Assembly (NCBI GenBank): GCA_951406725.2
Contig: OX597816.1
Coordinates: forward strand, 60,946,001-61,010,000
DNA from: Octopus vulgaris
Taxonomy: Eukaryota
Reading direction: 5' to 3'
Length of the DNA: 64,000 nt
Each line of letters starts with the position of its first letter. The first letter of the stretch is position 1. The position numbers and the translations under genes were made by a program. Below are positions 38,638 through 52,274 of this stretch, piece after piece. A model generated the notes under the pieces. That model was not told where the DNA came from and searched no databases. It worked only from the letters and a program-made list of their open reading frames with translations.

Positions 38638-38764
38638 AAGGGTGTATGGAAAGTTTTGAGTCGTCAAGGTCTTTGAGCCTTCAAGGCCTTTGAGCCTTGA
38701 AGTTTTGTACCTTCTTGTATCATGTTTTCTTTTTTAAGGCTCAAGACTTTTCATACACTCCTCG
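38638..38764. mobile_element. Mariner-type MITE
   Basis: gggtgtatggaaagttttgag ... ctcaagacttttcatacactcctcg inverted pair flanked by TA. Confidence 0.7.
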
Positions 38765-38795
38765 TACATGACCGCGTTTGGGGAGTGTGTCACTA

Positions 38796-38837
<42 letters not shown>

Positions 38838-38939
38838 TGTGTGTGTGTGTGCAAGGCAAAAAATTTGAGAGTACACCTTGCGTCTTTATAAAGAATATTT
38901 ACATTTACATTTACCTAACCGGTTTCAGAATTTCGTGAT

Positions 38940-39110
38940 ATTTAATGTGACTAAGTGGCGCATACGGTTTACTGACCTTGTGCTTTAACGACCTCAGGAG
39001 AGACATGCTACCATCGATATGGTGTGGGAAAAGACCGATTGGACGACCAAGGAAGACATGGCGCAATACATTCCGGGACGACGTGCTGACGCTACCAAAA
39101 TTGAACAATA
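38940..39110 (+). mobile_element. RTE 3' ORF fragment
   Basis: GKRPIGRPRKTWRNTFRDDV reading on the + strand. Confidence 0.6.
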
Positions 39111-39277
39111 TTATCGTTAAAGGCGTAAAATTGTAATGATTTTATGGTCGATAACTGACGAGGAATGAGCATGTCCATAACTTGTGTGTGTATTTTACGT
39201 TCGTTCCTTTGTCGTGCTTCTGTCTAATTTTTGAAATTACATTATATGTATGTATGTCTCTATCTATCTATCTATCC

Positions 39278-39357
<80 letters not shown>

Positions 39358-40371
39358 GTCTGTCTGTCTATTTCTCACACACACACAAACACATATAAGA
39401 GAATAGTACAGTTTATGTGAAGCATTCTGAACTAGAATTAAATGTATTTTAAAAAGCCTCTATTTTACAAGTCGGTAATAAAGGATTAAAATAGAGGCAA
39501 AGCAAAAACAATGGTTTACTCTTTTACCTTACACTTCAATGTTTCTGCTTAAAACAGATCTGACCCTTGTTTTTTTTTTTTTTAATCCATACATCTACCA
39601 CTACTAAACCTCGAACTAAATTTCATCTTAACTCATTAACAAGTTTAAACATGATATAGAAACTAGCCTTTGTAGATCTGACTACCAGTTAAAATTAATA
39701 TCCGTTTGGAAACCAACTTCTTTCTCAATTCGAATACCAACCTGCTACCTAAACATTCTATTTCACATTTTACCAATCAACCCTGAAATTAAGGCTAACT
39801 ATCGAGACTTGAACATTCCATCTCAGACATCCGACAGAAACGCTCCTCTTCATGCCCTAACCTGTCTAGGCTCCAGTTCTTCACTTTACATAACCTACGA
39901 TCTAAGTACATTCAGACAAATGTTTAAATTTCTATGTCATTGATAAGAATGTATACAATGATTAAACACTTAAAGCAAAGCTATGCTACATGGAAAGGTC
40001 ATCGATATCTCACCTAACCAGCTAGAATATGCCATAAATACCAACTGAGTGAACATTTGTGTCCGTAAGAGATACCCCAGTAAAATTAAACATTTTCCCG
40101 CTAGAAACCGCAAACTTTCCATTTACCACATTATTAATGCGCATAAAGCCGTATCTTAATGGAACTTAGTTACTTCTAGGTGGACATGGGCGATGCTAAC
40201 TTAAATGTTTAGCTATGGACACTGTGTAGTAATATGCGCCATATTATCCTATCTACTTACAGCTTAGTAGAATGACTGTTAAGTATTAAATGACATGGTG
40301 ATGAACACTGTGCAAGGAAATGTATCAGTTTGAGGTACTTATTTGCGGTTATATAAACATGGCTAACAAAT

Positions 40372-40604
40372 AAGGCGGCGAGCTGGCAGAAACGTTAGCA
40401 CACCGGGCGAAATGCTTTGCGGTATTTCGTCCGCCGCTGCGTTCTGAGTTCAAATTCCGCCGAAGTCGACTTTGCCTTTCCTCCTAACGGGGTCGATAAT
40501 TTAAGTACCAGTTACGCACTGGGGTCTTTGTAATCGACTTAATCCGTTTGTCTGTCCTTGTTTGTCCCTTATATGTTTAGCCCCTTGTGGGTCGTAAAGA
40601 AATA
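40372..40604 (+). mobile_element. SINE-B monomer with a 21-bp TSD
   Basis: TSD tatataaacatggctaacaaa at 40350-40370 and 40605-40625. Confidence 0.95.
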
Positions 40605-40704
40605 TATATAAACATGGCTAACAAAAGTTAACTCAATAATGAACATGTAGCGTACACTCGAGCGAAATTCTTCTCTCCTTTTATTATATATACGTGCATT
40701 CGAA

Positions 40705-41497
40705 CGTAGCAGGGAACAGCTAGCCTTTGGCCGCTATTTGGATCCTGTTGTGTCCACTACGCTGATTGGTTGGTATTGACGTAATTTGTCTCTTACTCGA
40801 CTGCGCCAATTTCCGCGTATAACTAAGATCGCGTGGGACAAACTGTTCACAATCACGTTTGAACCTACTGTTCCTTATAAAAACTCATCTTCTCCTCGTT
40901 TCGAGGTCTTTTGGTTCCAGACCTTTTAAGGTCTAGCCACTGACCACAAAGACACAGCCAATTCCAACGACAACACCACAGCATCCACATTGAGACATAC
41001 TAACTTCGTCCAACAGCATTACGGCAACCTCCGTCTTCGTCGCCACCATCATGTCTTTAACGTCGTCGACATCATCTCTCTACGTACACAGTTCAGCAAG
41101 CAACTCGCCCAGGTTCCAACACTTCACTGTTTGTGAATTACTTCATCATAGATCAACAGCGAATATACAACCCGCAAGAACTCCTGTACCAAGTGACCCA
41201 GGCAGCAGTATCACAGCCACGACTTCAAGTACGACCTGTACCAGTAACCGGCTCAACATCATGGCTGCGTATTCTTAATACAGTATTTCAACTACCCTGT
41301 ACAATTGACTACGAGCTGGTATTCTCTTTCTTGTGTCTATGAACTTCCCACTTCGATGGTTATAGACTCTTTCACTGTTTCCTTCTTCATTACCATTCTT
41401 ATATGTTCTTAATACACACATACATCTATGCTTACACGCACACATACATTTGCTCTCATGACGACCTGTCTATTATTCTGCATACATCACACACACA

Positions 41498-41564
<67 letters not shown>

Positions 41565-41811
41565 ATGTCAACATATCAATAAATCTCTAAATCATTTTAT
41601 GCGGTTGTGTCACCTTTTCCCCTCTGGCACTTATATGTACTATTCAGTTTATATTTATTGTATCGACCGTGTGATGTACTAAAGAGCCATTCTCGTCACC
41701 TCGCATCGCACGGTCCTTTACAAACACGATGTAGCACCGCTGTTAAAATACGCAACTCTGAGACCATTCGGTTGTTTGTTCAATACCTAATGACTTCATC
41801 ATAAATGTACA
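40705..41811 (+). mobile_element. Possible solo LTR, or an embedded Pol II promoter
   Basis: CpG-rich unique segment with ctgattggtt (CCAAT), tgacgtaa and cttataaaaa (~40875); TG..CA ends and TSD not convincingly found. Confidence 0.35.
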
Positions 41812-42519
41812 TGTCTATGATATTGTAAAAGGAAGAATTTGATATAAATTTCCAAGAGAGAATCAATTCTGAATGCTGCTAAGAGATGGGATGTATTGAA
41901 AGAAACCTACCTCAGTGTATAACTGGTATATTACAAAAGGATGAAAGACAAAGTCTAACCACGCGGAATTCGTATAATGGTCTTGAATGTCATACTCTGA
42001 ACCAAGTGTACTATTACTGATGAAAGAGCCTCTACTTGATCGCTGAACCTGCTAAAAGTAGCAATCAATTCTCTTTCAAATCACACTCCGTCGTCTAAGA
42101 AAATGAAAGGATATATTATACAATTTAGACCTAGATACCGATACGAAAATGTTACGGCCAAGAATGGAATGTCTCTAACCATTGGTTTACTTGATCAGAG
42201 GCCAAACAACAACAGCATCGACAACCATAAGTGGATTTAATATTATATTTTCCACAGATTATAGGAGTGACAGAAACCGAAGAGAGTATTTATTTTTTCC
42301 CTATATCATTATAAGTTTCTAATGAATCGCTCCTGGAAAAAGGAGTAACCTATTCGTTGCATGACAGTGAAGTGAACTCTTACCCACGGATATAATTTAC
42401 GAGTTAATTAAATGAGTTAATTTTTCTCAACCAATCATCAGTTGGGGTGATGCTACATACACAGGAATACCTAGTTGCTGAGAGCAGATTCACTTGCATA
42501 TATGTACTCACAAGCGCTA

Positions 42520-42593
<74 letters not shown>

Positions 42594-42622
42594 TAGATAG
42601 ATATATAGATAGATAGATAGAT

Positions 42623-42676
<54 letters not shown>

Positions 42677-43271
42677 GCGCACGCACACACATTGTATATA
42701 CGTATGTATATTGTGTTCTAAAATAAAAATCATTTTTATCAATTTATTCTACACTTTGTTTTGTTTTGTTTGTTATTTTTGTTTTTTGTTTTTTGTTGTT
42801 TTTTTGGGGGTTTTTTTCTTGGCGGGGGAGGGCTTTGGATTTATATCTTCGATAGCCTCAAATGCAACGGGGATTGACTTCAACTTTCATTCTTCTGTTG
42901 TCAGTAAAATAAGTATAAGGCATGTAGCAGAAGCAATGCGATCGATTATGCCTTACTTTCCTTTGCAGATCAATGAACATTGACCTGTAAATTGTAAGAA
43001 ATCAATATAAAAATATCCTTACATTGTCACGTTAATTTTGCAAGATAGCAAACTGTAAGTGTTCGTTACATCTTTGAACGCAAGTCTTTGAATGCAACTC
43101 TCGTGAAACTTAAAGCGAAATAAACACTTGTTTCGTGGTGATCCGTGTTTTACTGTAAAAGAATTCTTATATAATCATGTAGTACGGCTGGCACTTTGCC
43201 ACTTTGATTGACAAGAAATGCTAAGAGTGGCTGAATTTCCATCTACAGATCAGTAAGGTTTGTAACCATAT

Positions 43272-43677
43272 TTGTATTTATTGCCCTCGGGGGGCTAAAC
43301 ATAGAGGGGACAAACAAGGACAGACAAACGGATTAAGTCGATTACATCGACCCCCAGTGCGTAACTGGTACTTATTTAATCGACCCCGAAAGGTTGAAAG
43401 GCAATGTCGACCTCGGCGGAATTTGAACACAGAACGTAGCGGCGGACGAAATACCTATTTCTTTATTACCCACAAGGGGCTAAACACAGAGAGGACAAAC
43501 AAAGACAGACATAGGTATTAAGTCGATTACATCGACCCAGTGCATAACTGGTACTTATTTAATCGACCCTGAAAGGATGAAAGGCAAAGTCGACCTCGGC
43601 GGAATTTGAACTCAGAACGTAACGGCAGACAAAATACCGCTAAGCATTTTGCCCGGTGTGCTAACGTTTCGGCCAGC
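43272..43677 (-). mobile_element. SINE-B tandem dimer, single insertion
   Basis: Two units joined at gaaatacctatttc; TSD tttgtaaccatat at 43259-43271 and 43678-43690. Confidence 0.92.
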
Positions 43678-43832
43678 TTTGTAACCATATGGAATACAAA
43701 TATAAAACATTGAACTTTCGACGAAATGCCTTCTTGATGTTGACTTTAATCAAATCCTTTTTAAAGCTGATCTACTGAAGATAACAGGTCTCTAATCATT
43801 ATACATAGCAGATCTTCTAAAGAAACCACTTT

Positions 43833-43887
<55 letters not shown>

Positions 43888-44112
43888 CATACATATATAT
43901 ATATATCAATTACGCGCGCGCAGACACAGATTCGTACCTGCAAACCGCTGATCCATTAACTGATTATATCATAGACAATAACCATATTAACATAAAATAT
44001 TCGGAGGTGACCGGCAATTAGGTAATAAATTAATAAAAGTGGAAGTTTGAAAACTAAAACCCTTCAAAGCGATATCTCCGCATGGCTGTGGTCCAATGAC
44101 TGAAACATGTAC

Positions 44113-44191
<79 letters not shown>

Positions 44192-44192
44192 G

Positions 44193-44272
<80 letters not shown>

Positions 44273-44369
44273 GCCAAAGCCTTGTGAGTGGATTTGGTAG
44301 ACAGAAACTGAAAGAAGCCCGTCGTATATACATATATATATATATGTATATGTAACTTTTTTGATTAAT

Positions 44370-44704
44370 ATATGTCGATTAGTGCGTTGAGTAAAACATG
44401 TTCACAGTTTGGGATACCTGGCGTCATCTTCGGTTGGGGTGTATTTCCGTTGGATCTACTTCAAGAATTCCGGAGTGTTAGTTGACTGCATGCAAACATC
44501 ACGATGACTGCAAGAACTCAATATATTTAGCGAAGCACCACTTTATATATGCATGTACCTGATGTGACCCATACTGCACTGATCGATGGAATACAGTTGG
44601 ATGCACAACATCCCACTCATAAAGGACAGTCGCAGGAAGGGACGAAACGATCGTAGTGCTGAATAAAGACTAATGCCAAATCCATCTTCCACTTTCCATC
44701 ATCG

Positions 44705-44749
<45 letters not shown>

Positions 44750-44760
44750 GTTATTATTAT
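44370..44760 (+). mobile_element. Possible Penelope-like terminal fragment
   Basis: Degenerate hammerhead-like gaaacgatcgtagtg followed by AATAAA and an (ATT)n tail. Confidence 0.4.
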
Positions 44761-45378
44761 ATATAATCATTATATATACATGCGTGTGTGGGTGTGCAGG
44801 ATAGCTATGTAGTTAGAAGCTTGCTTGCCAATCACATGATTCTGAACAGTTAGAATTTTGGATAATCCTCTATTAGCGCTTTCGTTCGTTTTCCAACTCG
44901 TCAAGACAGTTTGATTCTGATTCATTCATTCTGACGTCTTGTACATCCAAATAGATATGTATAGAGTGCTTGAAGCGGTGTACAGACATTGTATATTTAG
45001 AAAAAGGATGTACAAGACGTTAGAATGAATAAGCACTCAATACATCTAATAGAATTTCTTCAAACATTCGAAGTTGAGGATTCACGTTACTAGTCGAAGT
45101 TTCTCGCTTCTTACGATATTTCGGGCCTAAAGTATCAAAAGCATCTGAAGCTTGTTTCAAATAAAACAAACGAAAAATTATGATTTCAACAATGACATAC
45201 AATTATGTAAACATAAATGGTAGACGAACAAAATAACACTGTATTTTCTTGTCTTGTTAGTAGGTCATATGATATGTCGTCTGCTCGTTCGATTTGGTTT
45301 AATGCAGAAAATGCAGTGTGTAATTGTGGAAATAAAAAAGTTATATCCCTCTTCATGCTAACTGCAAAGTTTATGTCA

Positions 45379-45768
45379 TCTATATATATAAAGCTGAAGT
45401 TGTCTGTGTGTGGCAGGTTTGGTAGCCTTCAACTAACACTATCTCCTCCGAGACCCTGCGGCGCAAGTTGACCAAAATTGAGAGTATGATAGAAGAAAGC
45501 TTGCTCTTCATTCCGTAGAAGATAAATTCAAATCGGATCATGTTAACACCAAAAATTATTTACATCAAAAAGGTGATTTTTTTCTATGAAAATCCCTATT
45601 TATTACGATTTTTTGACAGCCGTGTCGCCATTTTTCGGTGTATTTCAACCAGAAAAATGTTCACTTAAAGAGAATAATAAGCTACATAATGCAAAAATTT
45701 TTACTTTTAAAAAATTCCAATTCTAAAGAGTCGAAACAAACCCGAGCAACGCCGGGTGATACTGCTAG
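45379..45768 (+). mobile_element. Non-autonomous Helitron
   Basis: A|TCTATATATATAAAG start, subterminal hairpin cccgagcaacgccggg, end CTAG|T; no TSD. Confidence 0.88.
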
Positions 45769-46197
45769 TAATCTATAAAATTAACGTTTCTCCCTCAACC
45801 AGAGTTCTACGGTCAAATATTTCAGCCGAACTACAATGACCTTTCCAGAATAAAGACAAAAGATGCTAGTTACGTATGGAAGTTGGAAGATAACTGTACC
45901 AATAATTTTAACCTTTAGTAGGCTATCGCAGAATTACAAGAGGCCTTCGTGAACGGTCTCAGTAGTGTCAACCCTGCACTACAGAGAAATGCAACTAATT
46001 AAATCAACTATTTAAACAAAAAAAAAAACATCTGAAATATGTAAGAACCGCACTAAGAATAAGTTCTCTGCTAAATTGTAACGGTAATTGCATTCGATTG
46101 GCTTCACTGATCGAAAACCGACAATACTCTCCGAGGATTGTCGGTTTTGGGCATTAAACTTTACGCTATTAGTACTCGGTTTAAATTATCAGACATA

Positions 46198-46362
46198 GGC
46201 GCAGGAGTAGCTGTGTGGTAAGTAGCTTGCTAACCAACCACATGGTTCCGGGTTCAGTCCCACTGCGTGGCATCTTGGGCAAGTGTCTTCTGCTATAGCC
46301 CCGGGCCGACCAATGCCTTGTGAGTGGATTTGGTAGACGGAAACTGAAAGAAGCCTGTCGTA

Positions 46363-46447
<85 letters not shown>

Positions 46448-46626
46448 TTGTGTGTCTGTGTTTGTCTCCCTAGCATTGCTTGACAACCGTCACTTAGCGG
46501 TTCGGCCAAAGAGACCGATAGAATAAGTACTGGGCTTACAAAGAATAAGTCCCGGGGTCGATTTGCTCGACTAAAGGCGGTGCTCCAGCATGGCCGCAGT
46601 CAAATGACTGAAACAAGTAAAAGAGT
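46198..46626 (+). mobile_element. SINE-A (same subfamily as the 9067 copy)
   Basis: Shares diagnostic variants ctaaccaacc, gcatcttggg, ccaatgcctt, gtcacttagc. Confidence 0.95.
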
Positions 46627-47078
46627 ATAAAGCTTGTCTCTGACAGTTAACACATTTTGCCAAATGGGAGAAAAATACTTGTATTACCTTACGAGTCCCA
46701 GCTGCACCTAACGGAAAGTAGTAGTAGATATCATCAGATATTATTAACATGAATATAAACTCGAGCGATTCTCAAAATTTAATCTTGAAGATAATGATAT
46801 CATAACGATTAAGGTAGATTTTACACAGATATACACACTAATATCTTAGATCTCTCCAAAAAGAAAGTCATTTACCTTGTTAATAAGGTGGACCTATTTT
46901 ACAACCGCTGGTTCCTTGATGCGTTGTTTGTTTGACTTTTCTACCTCTTCTGCTACTCAAAACTACCTACCTGCATACCCCTTCTACTCTAACTCACAGG
47001 ACATACCCGTCCCTCTAACGTTGTCACTACGTCTAAGATTTCATATAAAATACTTTCTTTTAATATTTCCACCCCCAA

Positions 47079-47658
47079 AGGCGGCGAGCTGGCAGAAACT
47101 TTAGCACGCCGGGCGAAATGCTTTGCGGTATTTCGTCTGCCGCTACGTTCCGAGTTCAAATTTCGCCGAGGTCGACTTTGCCTTTCATAATTTCGTGGTC
47201 GATAAATTAAGTACCAGTTACGCACTGGGGTCGATGTAATCGACTTAATCCCTTTGTCTGTCGTTGTTTGTCCACTCTATGTTCGGCCCCTTGTGGGTAG
47301 TAAAGAAATAGGTATTTCGTCTGCCGTTACGTTCTGAGTTCAAATTCCGCCGAGGTCGACTTTGCCTTTCATCCTTTCGGGGTCGATTAAATAAGTACCA
47401 GTTACACACTGGGGTCGATATAATCGACCTAATCCGTTTGTCTGTCCTTGTTTGTTCCTTATGTGTTTAGCCCCTTGTGGGTAGTAAAGAAATAGGTACT
47501 TCGTCTGTCTTTACGTTCTGAGTTCAAATTTCGCCGAGGTCAACTTTGCTTTCATCTTTTCGGAGTCGATAAATTAAGCACCAGTTGCATACTGAGGTCG
47601 ATCTAATCGACTGGCCCCCTTCCCCAAAATTTCGGGCCTTGTGCCTAGAGTAGAAAAG
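47079..47658 (+). mobile_element. SINE-B tandem trimer, single insertion
   Basis: Head plus three units joined at aaagaaata|ggta(t/c)ttcg; TSD aatatttccaccccca on both sides. Confidence 0.92.
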
Positions 47659-47834
47659 AATATTTCCACCCCCAGAACCACGATCCCTTGGATCACTCCA
47701 GTTGTTCACGTGTACTTTTCCTTTCTTTTTTTTTTTTATTAAAAAAGATTATTTCTGTAATTTTTGTTATATTAAATATATTTTTATTTGTTCGGATATC
47801 GAGCAGCAGATGTTCCAGATAAACAAACACCATT

Positions 47835-48099
47835 GTATGGCTAAGAAGCACGCTTCATAGCCGTATGGTTCCTGGATCGATACTACTGCGTGACACTTTG
47901 AGCCAGTAACTTCTACTGTAACTTCGAGTTGACTGATTAAAAGTTTGTGAAAGAAGCTTGCTTGAAACGGAAGCTGTGTGGAAGCCTGTCGTATTATACA
48001 GATATATATTTATATGAATGCATTCATGTATATATAAATGTACACACACAGACACACACACACACATACACACACACACACATACATACATACACACAC

Positions 48100-48130
<31 letters not shown>

Positions 48131-48340
48131 TATATGAAAAGGCTGTGTTTATGTTTACTAGTGTAAACCGATGTGTTGAGTGGCATCCATTTACTTCATA
48201 AATGTATCCACAGCAATTCGACAAATAGCATTCGATAAAATAAGCACCTGACTGAAATCAATGGTGGTTACGATCGATTTAAATTCTCCCGCTGAAGATG
48301 GGCTTCCGGCAGCCAATGATTCAGTAATTAAAACCTGTAT
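47835..48340 (+). mobile_element. Old diverged SINE-A
   Basis: Degenerate head, central (CA)n, degenerate tail. Confidence 0.65.
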
Positions 48341-48351
48341 AAAAAGTATTT

Positions 48352-48660
48352 TCCCTTTTCGCCCTTTTCATGCCTAGCCAGGCTCATGGGCCCGGTTTCC
48401 CGGTTTCTATGGCGTATGTGTTCCCTCCAGCTGGACGGGACGCCAGTCCATCGCAGCGTTACTCAAGAAACAGGAAGAGGGAGTGAGAGAAAGTTGGGGC
48501 GAAGGAGTACAACAAGAGTCGCCACCACCCCCTGCCGGAGCCTCGTGGAGCTTTAGGTGTTTTCGCTCAATAAACACACACAACGCCCGGTCTGGGAATC
48601 GAAACAGCGATCCTCTGACAGCGAGTCCGCTGCCCTAACCAATGGGCCATTGCGCCTCCA
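48352..48660 (-). mobile_element. SINE-C
   Basis: Reverse complement of 7917-8225; flanking repeat aaaaagtatt. Confidence 0.9.
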
Positions 48661-48816
48661 CATAAAAAAAGTATTAACTGTATAAATTTCACCAGTGGGG
48701 AGTGGTGGGGCTGAAACTATAATGGCTACTGTCTCATTTGCCTTTAACTAACTGCGTGTTTTATGGTTGCATTTGATGGCAATTTACATCTTGGATGTTG
48801 CACCATTATTCTTAGT

Positions 48817-49076
48817 CTTTTACTCTTTTACTTGTTTCAGTCATCTGACAGCGGCCATGCTGGAGCACCGCCTTTAGTCGAGCAGATCAGCCCAGGACTT
48901 ATTCTTTGCAAGCCTAGTACTTATTATAATGGTCTCTTTTGCCGAACCGCTAAGTTACGGGGACGTATATACACCAGCATCTGTTGTCAAGCGAACCGCT
49001 AAGTTACGGGGACAAACACAGACACATAAACATACACACACACACACATACATACATACATACATACATACATACA

Positions 49077-49157
<81 letters not shown>

Positions 49158-49305
49158 GTATATACGACGGGCTTCTTTCAGTTTCCGTCTACTAAATCCA
49201 CTCACAAGGCTTTGGTCGGCCCGAGGTTACAGTAGAAGACACTTGCCCAAGTTGCCATGCAGTGGGGCTGAACCCAGAACTACTCACCACACTGCCACTC
49301 CTGCG
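48817..49305 (-). mobile_element. SINE-A
   Basis: Consensus with a local duplication gaaccgctaagttacgggga. Confidence 0.92.
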
Positions 49306-49401
49306 TTGTTGATAGATGAAGGCGAATATTACATCAGAGATATTTTGATAACTAACATCAGTTTCTTTCACCCAGGGACGAGCTACATTTTAACAGATAT
49401 C

Positions 49402-49798
49402 GACATGGCTGTATGGCTAAAAAGCTCGCTTTGCAATCACGCAGTCTGGGTTCAGTCCTACCGCGCGGTACCTTGTGCAAGTGTCTTCTACTACAGACCC
49501 GGACCGACCAATGTTTTGTCAGTGAATTTGGCAGAAGGAAATTTTGTGGAAGCCCGTCGTATATATATATATATAGATAGATGTGTGTGCGTGTGTCTTT
49601 GTTTGTTCCCCCCTCCGTCACTTGACAACTAGTGTTAATTTGTTTACGTCTTCGTAGCCTAGCGGTTCGGCATAAGAGACTGATAGAATAAGTAACATAT
49701 TTCAAAATAAGTATTGGGATTGATTTGTTCGACCAAACCCTTCAAGTTGGTGTCCCAGTATGGCCGCAGTCCAAGGACTTAAACTAGTAGAAGATAAA
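49402..49798 (+). mobile_element. Older SINE-A
   Basis: Diverged full-length consensus. Confidence 0.8.
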
Positions 49799-50356
49799 GG
49801 CTATCGTTGCTGCAGCTGCGGCTGCTGTTGTTTAGTTCCAAGTTAGCCCTGATTAAGAAAATCTAACGGCGGCGCATCAGCATGGCCGCAGCTCTGAGCT
49901 GAAACTACAGAAAAAAAATGCATTCTGGCCTTGGGCATCGTAACTTTCTATCCAGACACAGTGTAAACCAGAGTACCCTTTCCAATGTGTTCTTTTAAAA
50001 AACGGTAGGCTGTGACTGAGTTGAGTGAGATTTGACTATTATGGCTAGCAGACCAAGCGACCATTTAGAGGCTCTCTCGTTATCGTTCCGGTATTAACCA
50101 TCACGCATCACAGGAAAGTAGTTATATGCTTAAGTGACATTTTAAAACAGCTTTGATCGATCTGTTACGTCTTCTACAGATATGTGGAGTAGACACTAAT
50201 TGTTGTCGTTGTTGTTGTTATTGTTGTAGCGGGTTGTGGTGGTGCTAGTGGTAAGTGACGACGGCGCCGGTAGTTGTGGTGGGAGTTAGCTATTGAGTTT
50301 TCCTAATTGAGAAAACTCAAGATCGAAAGTGCCCCATCCATAGCTAAACTTGTCTC

Positions 50357-50403
<47 letters not shown>

Positions 50404-51027
50404 CCTCTCTCCCTCTCAGGATCATGTACCTAATACTACATTATGCAATATAGTGTTACGTGTAATCTTTTTATAAAACAGCGTTTAAGCAGAAGTCACC
50501 GCATAGATGCCACCATATTGTTGCCATCGAGTAGAGGCCTCCTCGTAGAAGCTATCACGTAAAGGCCATCATGTAAAGCGCATCACGTAGAGTCTCACTT
50601 GGAGGTTAAGAAACGTTATCTTTCATGCATACTTCGTTGTTATCTTGTTGTTGCTAGTTAACCACGGGAGTACTCTAGTCGAGCTGACTTACAATCAAAG
50701 CTTCCCCACCATGACCATCCTGTATTGTTCTTATGTTCAAGGAAACTGCGACCACATTATCCAGTGTGTATCTTTCTAAGACGACAAAGTGTGATTTGGC
50801 AAAGACATTTGGCTGATATTTCTAGCAGGTCTAGCGACTACGCAGATGTTCCCTCTTTGGCCCCATTGCTATCATGGAGCCAAAGGGGTGAGAATACGTA
50901 TCTTTTGAAACGTGACGTAATGTAATTGTAATTAGTTTAAGATAGGATATACTTCCCTGCTTCTCTCTATCAGTATTCATTTAATAACATTCCAAATATC
51001 CAACAAACCCAGCTTACGTAATTTTTG

Positions 51028-51190
51028 ATGTTGTTGTTGTTGTTGTTGTTGTTCTTCTTCTTCTTCTTCTTCTTCTTCGTCTTCTTCTTCTTCTTCTTCT
51101 TCTTCTTCTTCTTCTTCTTCTTCTTCTTCTTCTTCTTCTTCTTCTTCTTCTTCTTCTTCTTCTTCGTCGTCGTCGTCGTCGTCGCCGTCA
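51028..51190. repeat. Compound (GTT)n(TTC)n(GTC)n microsatellite
   Basis: Direct reading. Confidence 0.95.
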
Positions 51191-52274
51191 CGGCTTAGCT
51201 CTAAATGTCCTTAACTGAGAAGACATATGGCCAAATAACTTTTTAGTCATGTCTTCATGGTCCTTCTCTTAGGATCAATTATATAGGATTACATTGGTCA
51301 ATGTGACTCTCGATTTTCAAGATGGTACCGTGTGTAATTTGAGGTAGATTTCACTGCTGTTACAAGCAATAGCAACCAAAACTTCTTCAAATCATCCCTA
51401 TTGTCTTGAAAGTTTTAAGGGAAATTGGTTGTTTCTTCCAGCATCATCAGCCATACTGATAGTAATAACTGATTAATAAGATTATCCTTGATTATAACCA
51501 TCAGGCTAAACTGATTAAATACCTCGGCGTATCCGGTACTCGGTTTGCACCCTTTCCTTTTAACACTGTTTTGATTTAGGTCGAATATATTTATATATTT
51601 ATTCACTTCGTGTATCCAAAGAGTAACACTTCACTATATCTGTTTCAGTTCTTGCTTTTCTTTTTGTTATATTTTACTGCTTCGATAATGCAGTAGGCCA
51701 CACACTGAACTGACACATAAGTTAAAATTATTTTATACAGTTTTTAAAATATTTTCGTTGTTGAATAATAGAGTATCAAATGTCAAGAAAGTTGACTTTT
51801 TTTTCCGGTAATATTAAACAAACATGAAAATGGAAAGGATTCAACAGAAACTACAAAACAGTTTAATATAAACGAAGCAACCGTTAAAATGCTGCTTCCA
51901 AAAGTGGACAGTACCACCCACTTGGTGGGGAGACATTTTACATGAGTATAATGAAGAGAAAGGGGGAGTAGGGAGGCGATAGATGCATCTGTACAGACTT
52001 TTTAAACTTTGTCATCTATTTAAATTTCAACTTTAAAGAAAAAATTCTAATGCAATATTATAAACTGCTTGTTGTCACAATTACAGTAACAGCGACACTA
52101 ACAATGACCCAGACAGCGTCAGCAATAGTAATACACTTCGAGCAACATAAATAATAATAATAAACTCCGAAATGTGAATAAGTAAATGGACAAAACTGAA
52201 TATACATCACCTATATATGTCAAATATAAACAATGAACAAAAGTATAATTTAAAAGACATTGAGAAATTTTGTA

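Noticed and set aside
47310-47495. Hammerhead ribozyme in the SINE-B unit
   Set aside because: No CUGANGA...GAAA core found on either strand by eye.
50970-51191. Poly-Lys/Asn ORF
   Set aside because: Microsatellite translation.
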